A stretch of 24,000 nucleotides of DNA from Gemmatimonadaceae bacterium (GTDB taxonomy: Bacteria > Gemmatimonadota > Gemmatimonadetes > Gemmatimonadales > Gemmatimonadaceae): the NCBI GenBank assembly GCA_036509075.1, contig DATCGG010000530.1, positions 19,325 to 43,324 on the forward strand, in the 5' to 3' direction. Numbering within the stretch: the stretch's first letter is position 1; every line of letters starts with the position of its first letter. The position numbers and the translations under genes were made by a program. Below are positions 21,457 to 24,000 of the stretch, piece after piece. Below the pieces are notes generated by a model. The model was not told the DNA's origin, searched no databases, and saw only the letters and a list, made by a program, of their open reading frames with translations.

Positions 21457-22863
21457 TCATGGCGGCGTCACAGGCGTGGCCGGGGGTACGTTGGCGTTGA
21501 GGCGAAAGAGATTCGTTGGGTCATACTTCGTTTTGAGCGCCACCAGGCGGTCGTAGCGAGCGCCAAACGCCGCCCGGACCTCCTCGCCGTCGGCATCCGC
21601 CCCGACGGCGTTGGAGTACACACCGGTCGAGAACGGACGCCAGGACGCCCACACGGAGCGGGACCACGCCACCTGCGCCGCGTCCTCCGCTGGGTCATCC
21701 CAGCAGGAGAGCACGAGTGCGTCCCACCGGGCCTCTCGGTGCGCGAACGCCGTCGTGGCGGGCGGCACGCGTGTCGCCGCGTTCCCGAGCTGCTGGAAGA
21801 GGAAGAAGGTCAGGGGTGACGGGACCGCCGCGAACTGCTCGACGACACGCGAGGCCAGCCCGTCTGGGATCTCGCGCATCATGGCGGATTTCCAGTAATA
21901 GCGGCGTCCGCGCGGAAAAGCGCCATCGAGGGCGGTCTGGAACTGGGCGTAGGGTACGGGACCGATCTGGTCGAGGACCGGCGGGCCGAACGCCTTCAGT
22001 GGGCGCAGCGCACGTTCCCCGTCGTCCAAGCTCCCGCAGTGGCACGCGGCGACGGCGACAACCTTTGCCCCGTCGGGCGTCGTGAGGAACGCGCAGGCGG
22101 TGTTCACCTCGTCAGGCGCCGCGGCGACGAAGTCGCGGTAGAATTGGATCACCTCCGGCGCGCGCTCTAGCGGGTGCGCGACCATGCCAGCGACGACCAT
22201 CGGGCCGACGGGGTGCAGTCGGAACTCGAAGGCGGTGACCACGCCGAAGTTGCCGCCGCCGCCTCGGATCCCCCAAAACAAGTCGGCGTTCTCTGTCGGG
22301 CTGGCCGTAAGGAGGCGCCCGTCGGCCGTGACTACGTCGGCGGCGAGGAGGTTGTCGCACGTTAGGCCGTACCGGCCGGCGAGCCACCCGAGCCCGCCAC
22401 CGAGCGTCAGTCCGGCGACCCCGGTGTCCGAGACGCTTCCCCCAGTGGTGGCCAAGCCGTGGGCCTGCGCGGCCGCGTCGAGCGCGGCCCAGCGAACGCC
22501 CGGCTCCACGCGGGCCGTGCGCCCGGTGGCGTCGACGGCGATGCCTTGCATCGGGGACAGGTCGATCATGAGACCGCCGTCGCAGACCGCCGTGCCGGCC
22601 GCGTGGTGATCGCCGCCGCGCACGGCCACGAGCAACCGGTGCGTTCGCGCGAAATCCACGGCTCGGCGCACGTCGGCCGCGTTGACGCACCGGGCGATGA
22701 GGCCAGGCCTGCGGTCGATCATGCCGTTCCAGACGCGGCGAGCGTCGTCGTAGCCGGGCGCGCCGGGCGATAGCAGTCCGCCTCCAAGGGCCGCGCCGAA
22801 GTCGCGGACGGTCTCCCAGCCGATCTGACTCGCGACGTCGTTCACGAGGTAGGTATCCGACAT
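21457..22863 (-). CDS. FAD-binding oxidoreductase (FAD-linked oxidase with C-terminal BBE-like domain)
   Basis: PCMH-type FAD domain (VAVRGGDHHAAG, GVAGLTLGGGLGWLAGRYGLTCDNLLAADVV, LFWGIRGGGGNFGVVT) and a BBE-like end (YDRLVALKTKYDPTNLFRLN). The ATG at 22863 has GAGGAA 8 nt upstream and gives 468 aa. Confidence 0.85.
   Translation of the reverse strand: MSDTYLVNDVASQIGWETVRDFGAALGGGLLSPGAPGYDDARRVWNGMIDRRPGLIARCVNAADVRRAVDFARTHRLLVAVRGGDHHAAGTAVCDGGLMIDLSPMQGIAVDATGRTARVEPGVRWAALDAAAQAHGLATTGGSVSDTGVAGLTLGGGLGWLAGRYGLTCDNLLAADVVTADGRLLTASPTENADLFWGIRGGGGNFGVVTAFEFRLHPVGPMVVAGMVAHPLERAPEVIQFYRDFVAAAPDEVNTACAFLTTPDGAKVVAVAACHCGSLDDGERALRPLKAFGPPVLDQIGPVPYAQFQTALDGAFPRGRRYYWKSAMMREIPDGLASRVVEQFAAVPSPLTFFLFQQLGNAATRVPPATTAFAHREARWDALVLSCWDDPAEDAAQVAWSRSVWASWRPFSTGVYSNAVGADADGEEVRAAFGARYDRLVALKTKYDPTNLFRLNANVPPATPVTPP
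22360..22367 (+). repeat. dispersed 8-mer CGTTAGGC
   Basis: Exact match in the FAD oxidase CDS. The sense strand reads GGC CTA ACG, encoding the conserved G-L-T of the YGLT.DNL motif with the rare CTA codon. Confidence 0.9.
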
Positions 22864-23024
22864 GGCGGCATTCCTCGCTGAAGTTGGGTGCGCGATGGAG
22901 CTGAACATACAGCCGCCGCGATGCGCCTGTCGAGGCGTGGCCGTTAGAGCACACACCGGATCGGCCCTACCCGTATCCGCACCGCCGGGCACGCTCTGGA
23001 ATCACCCGAAACCGTTCGGAAGAG

Positions 23025-23032
23025 CGTTAGGC
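23025..23032 (+). repeat. dispersed 8-mer CGTTAGGC
   Basis: Exact match in the intergenic region between the FAD oxidase start and the TPR gene stop. Confidence 0.9.
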
Positions 23033-23079
23033 AGTCTGAGGCCAGCTCTCGAGTACCGGGCGGCAACGCGACGCGTCAG

Positions 23080-23976
23080 TCAGCTCAGCAACCGCTCGAT
23101 CATGCGGCGCGCGGCGGTGTCCTCCGCATCGTCAGGATGCACCTTACGCGGCAGTAACGTCGACGCGCGTCCTGCGTCCTCACGCGCGTGGCGTCGGTCA
23201 CCGACCGCGTGGTACGCGCGAGCGCGGTTGAGCACCGGCCATATCCAGGCTGGCGCAAGAGTGACCGCTCGATTCAGGTCGCTGATTGCCTCCGTCACAC
23301 GCCCGCGTTCGAGCAGCAACACGCCGCGGCTGTTCCACGCCGGGGCATGGGTCGGCGTCAGCTCGATGGCTGCGCTGCAATCGGCGATCGCCTCGTCGAT
23401 CCGACCGAGGCGATGGAGCGCGATGGCTCGTTCGCACAATACCAGAGCGTCATCAATACCGTAGCGCCGCGCCGAGGCGAAGTCCTCGACGCATTCGTCG
23501 AAGCGGCCGAGGTCATGATTTAACTTCCCGCGAATGACGTACGCGAGCGCGAGTGACGGGTCCGCGGCCAGCTCTTCGTTCAACTTCGCGAACAGTTCCA
23601 GGTCATCAAAGCCCTCGTTCCGCTGTAGCTCGAGCAAACGAACGCGCTGTTCCGCCTGCGTCAGCGGCCGCGCACCGGGCCGCTGATATCCCACATTGAT
23701 GACCCAATTCTGATCGTACCTGTTGTAGTACAGGCGGTCGAGCAAGTCGGGGTGGATTCCCTCCCCGCGCAGCCAGGTATCGAGCAGCGTCTCATCGACC
23801 AGCGGTGCGTCCGGCAGCCAGCGTTGCCAGCGAATCGCGCAACCGTGTTGGCATCCGATCGACGCGAGCTCGCGCTCGTCAGCGAACAACTCGAGGACCG
23901 GCCCGCCCAGGCAGGGACAGTGACGATTGTCCTCCGGTATCTCCTGGATCTGCAGCGCAGTTGCGAGCTCCCTCAA
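23080..23976 (-). CDS. TPR-repeat protein (N-terminus may lie beyond the window)
   Basis: The C-terminal half has TPR-like repeats (ALAYVIRGKLNHDLGRFDECVEDF, CERAIALHRLGRIDEAIADCSAAIEL, AWNSRGVLLLERGRVTEAISDLNRAV). The ORF-track start is a TTG, and the frame stays open from 23977 to 24000. Confidence 0.65.
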   Translation of the reverse strand: MRELATALQIQEIPEDNRHCPCLGGPVLELFADERELASIGCQHGCAIRWQRWLPDAPLVDETLLDTWLRGEGIHPDLLDRLYYNRYDQNWVINVGYQRPGARPLTQAEQRVRLLELQRNEGFDDLELFAKLNEELAADPSLALAYVIRGKLNHDLGRFDECVEDFASARRYGIDDALVLCERAIALHRLGRIDEAIADCSAAIELTPTHAPAWNSRGVLLLERGRVTEAISDLNRAVTLAPAWIWPVLNRARAYHAVGDRRHAREDAGRASTLLPRKVHPDDAEDTAARRMIERLLS

Positions 23977-24000
23977 CGACCTTTGATCGCTGGTGTCGAC

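Noticed and set aside
165-23032. The idea that the CGTTAGGC copies belong to a longer repeat family (REP/MITE/BIME-like) or are regularly spaced like an array.
   Set aside because: Bases flanking the 8-mer differ in every copy, with no extended consensus. Gaps between copies range from ~125 bp to ~2.6 kb with no period. Most copies are embedded in frame in unrelated conserved genes.
1-24000. Mobile elements, prophage or defence islands, CRISPR arrays, and tRNA/rRNA genes.
   Set aside because: No transposase, integrase, recombinase or phage-like ORF was seen. No terminal inverted repeats or direct-repeat/spacer arrays are present. No tRNA-like T-arm (GGTTCGAATCC-type) or rRNA-like segments were found. 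The only duplication is the local 300-bp tandem at 11.6-12.4 kb.

Overview
Very GC-rich bacterial chromosomal segment with Gram-negative-type envelope genes. The taxon cannot be determined from the sequence alone. About 25 genes are present, almost all on the minus strand. Frames and start codons were chosen by protein motifs, third-position GC, signal peptides and RBS-like sequences, so several ORF-track entries are trimmed at the N-terminus.

Left third: efflux adaptor, peptidase T, GNAT acetyltransferase, alpha/beta hydrolase, and a Tat-signal class-V PLP enzyme.

Middle: an ECF sigma and ZAS-type anti-sigma pair, convergent with and overlapping a 981-aa membrane-anchored TPR-CHAT protein. 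These are followed by a secreted hypothetical protein, a TPR gene remnant, a tandem pair of tiny CCHC ORFs (one missing from the ORF track) and a DUF418 membrane protein.

Right third: a sigma-54 module of TolB-like lipoprotein, NtrC-type activator and sensor kinase. It is preceded by a cluster of three small exported proteins. Two matching -24/-12 promoter candidates and two upstream repeat arrays of identical architecture accompany this region. Then come a lipoprotein, a cupin, a BBE-type FAD oxidase and a TPR protein.

No rRNA, tRNA, CRISPR array, transposase or integrase was seen.

The most unusual signal fits no gene model. The non-palindromic 8-mer CGTTAGGC/GCCTAACG (7-mer core GTTAGGC) occurs about once per kb (24 core copies) in unrelated genes and in spacers. 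It forces rare CTA/TTA codons, never creates a premature stop, and twice supplies a gene's stop codon. I do not recognise it as a described uptake, Chi or architecture motif.
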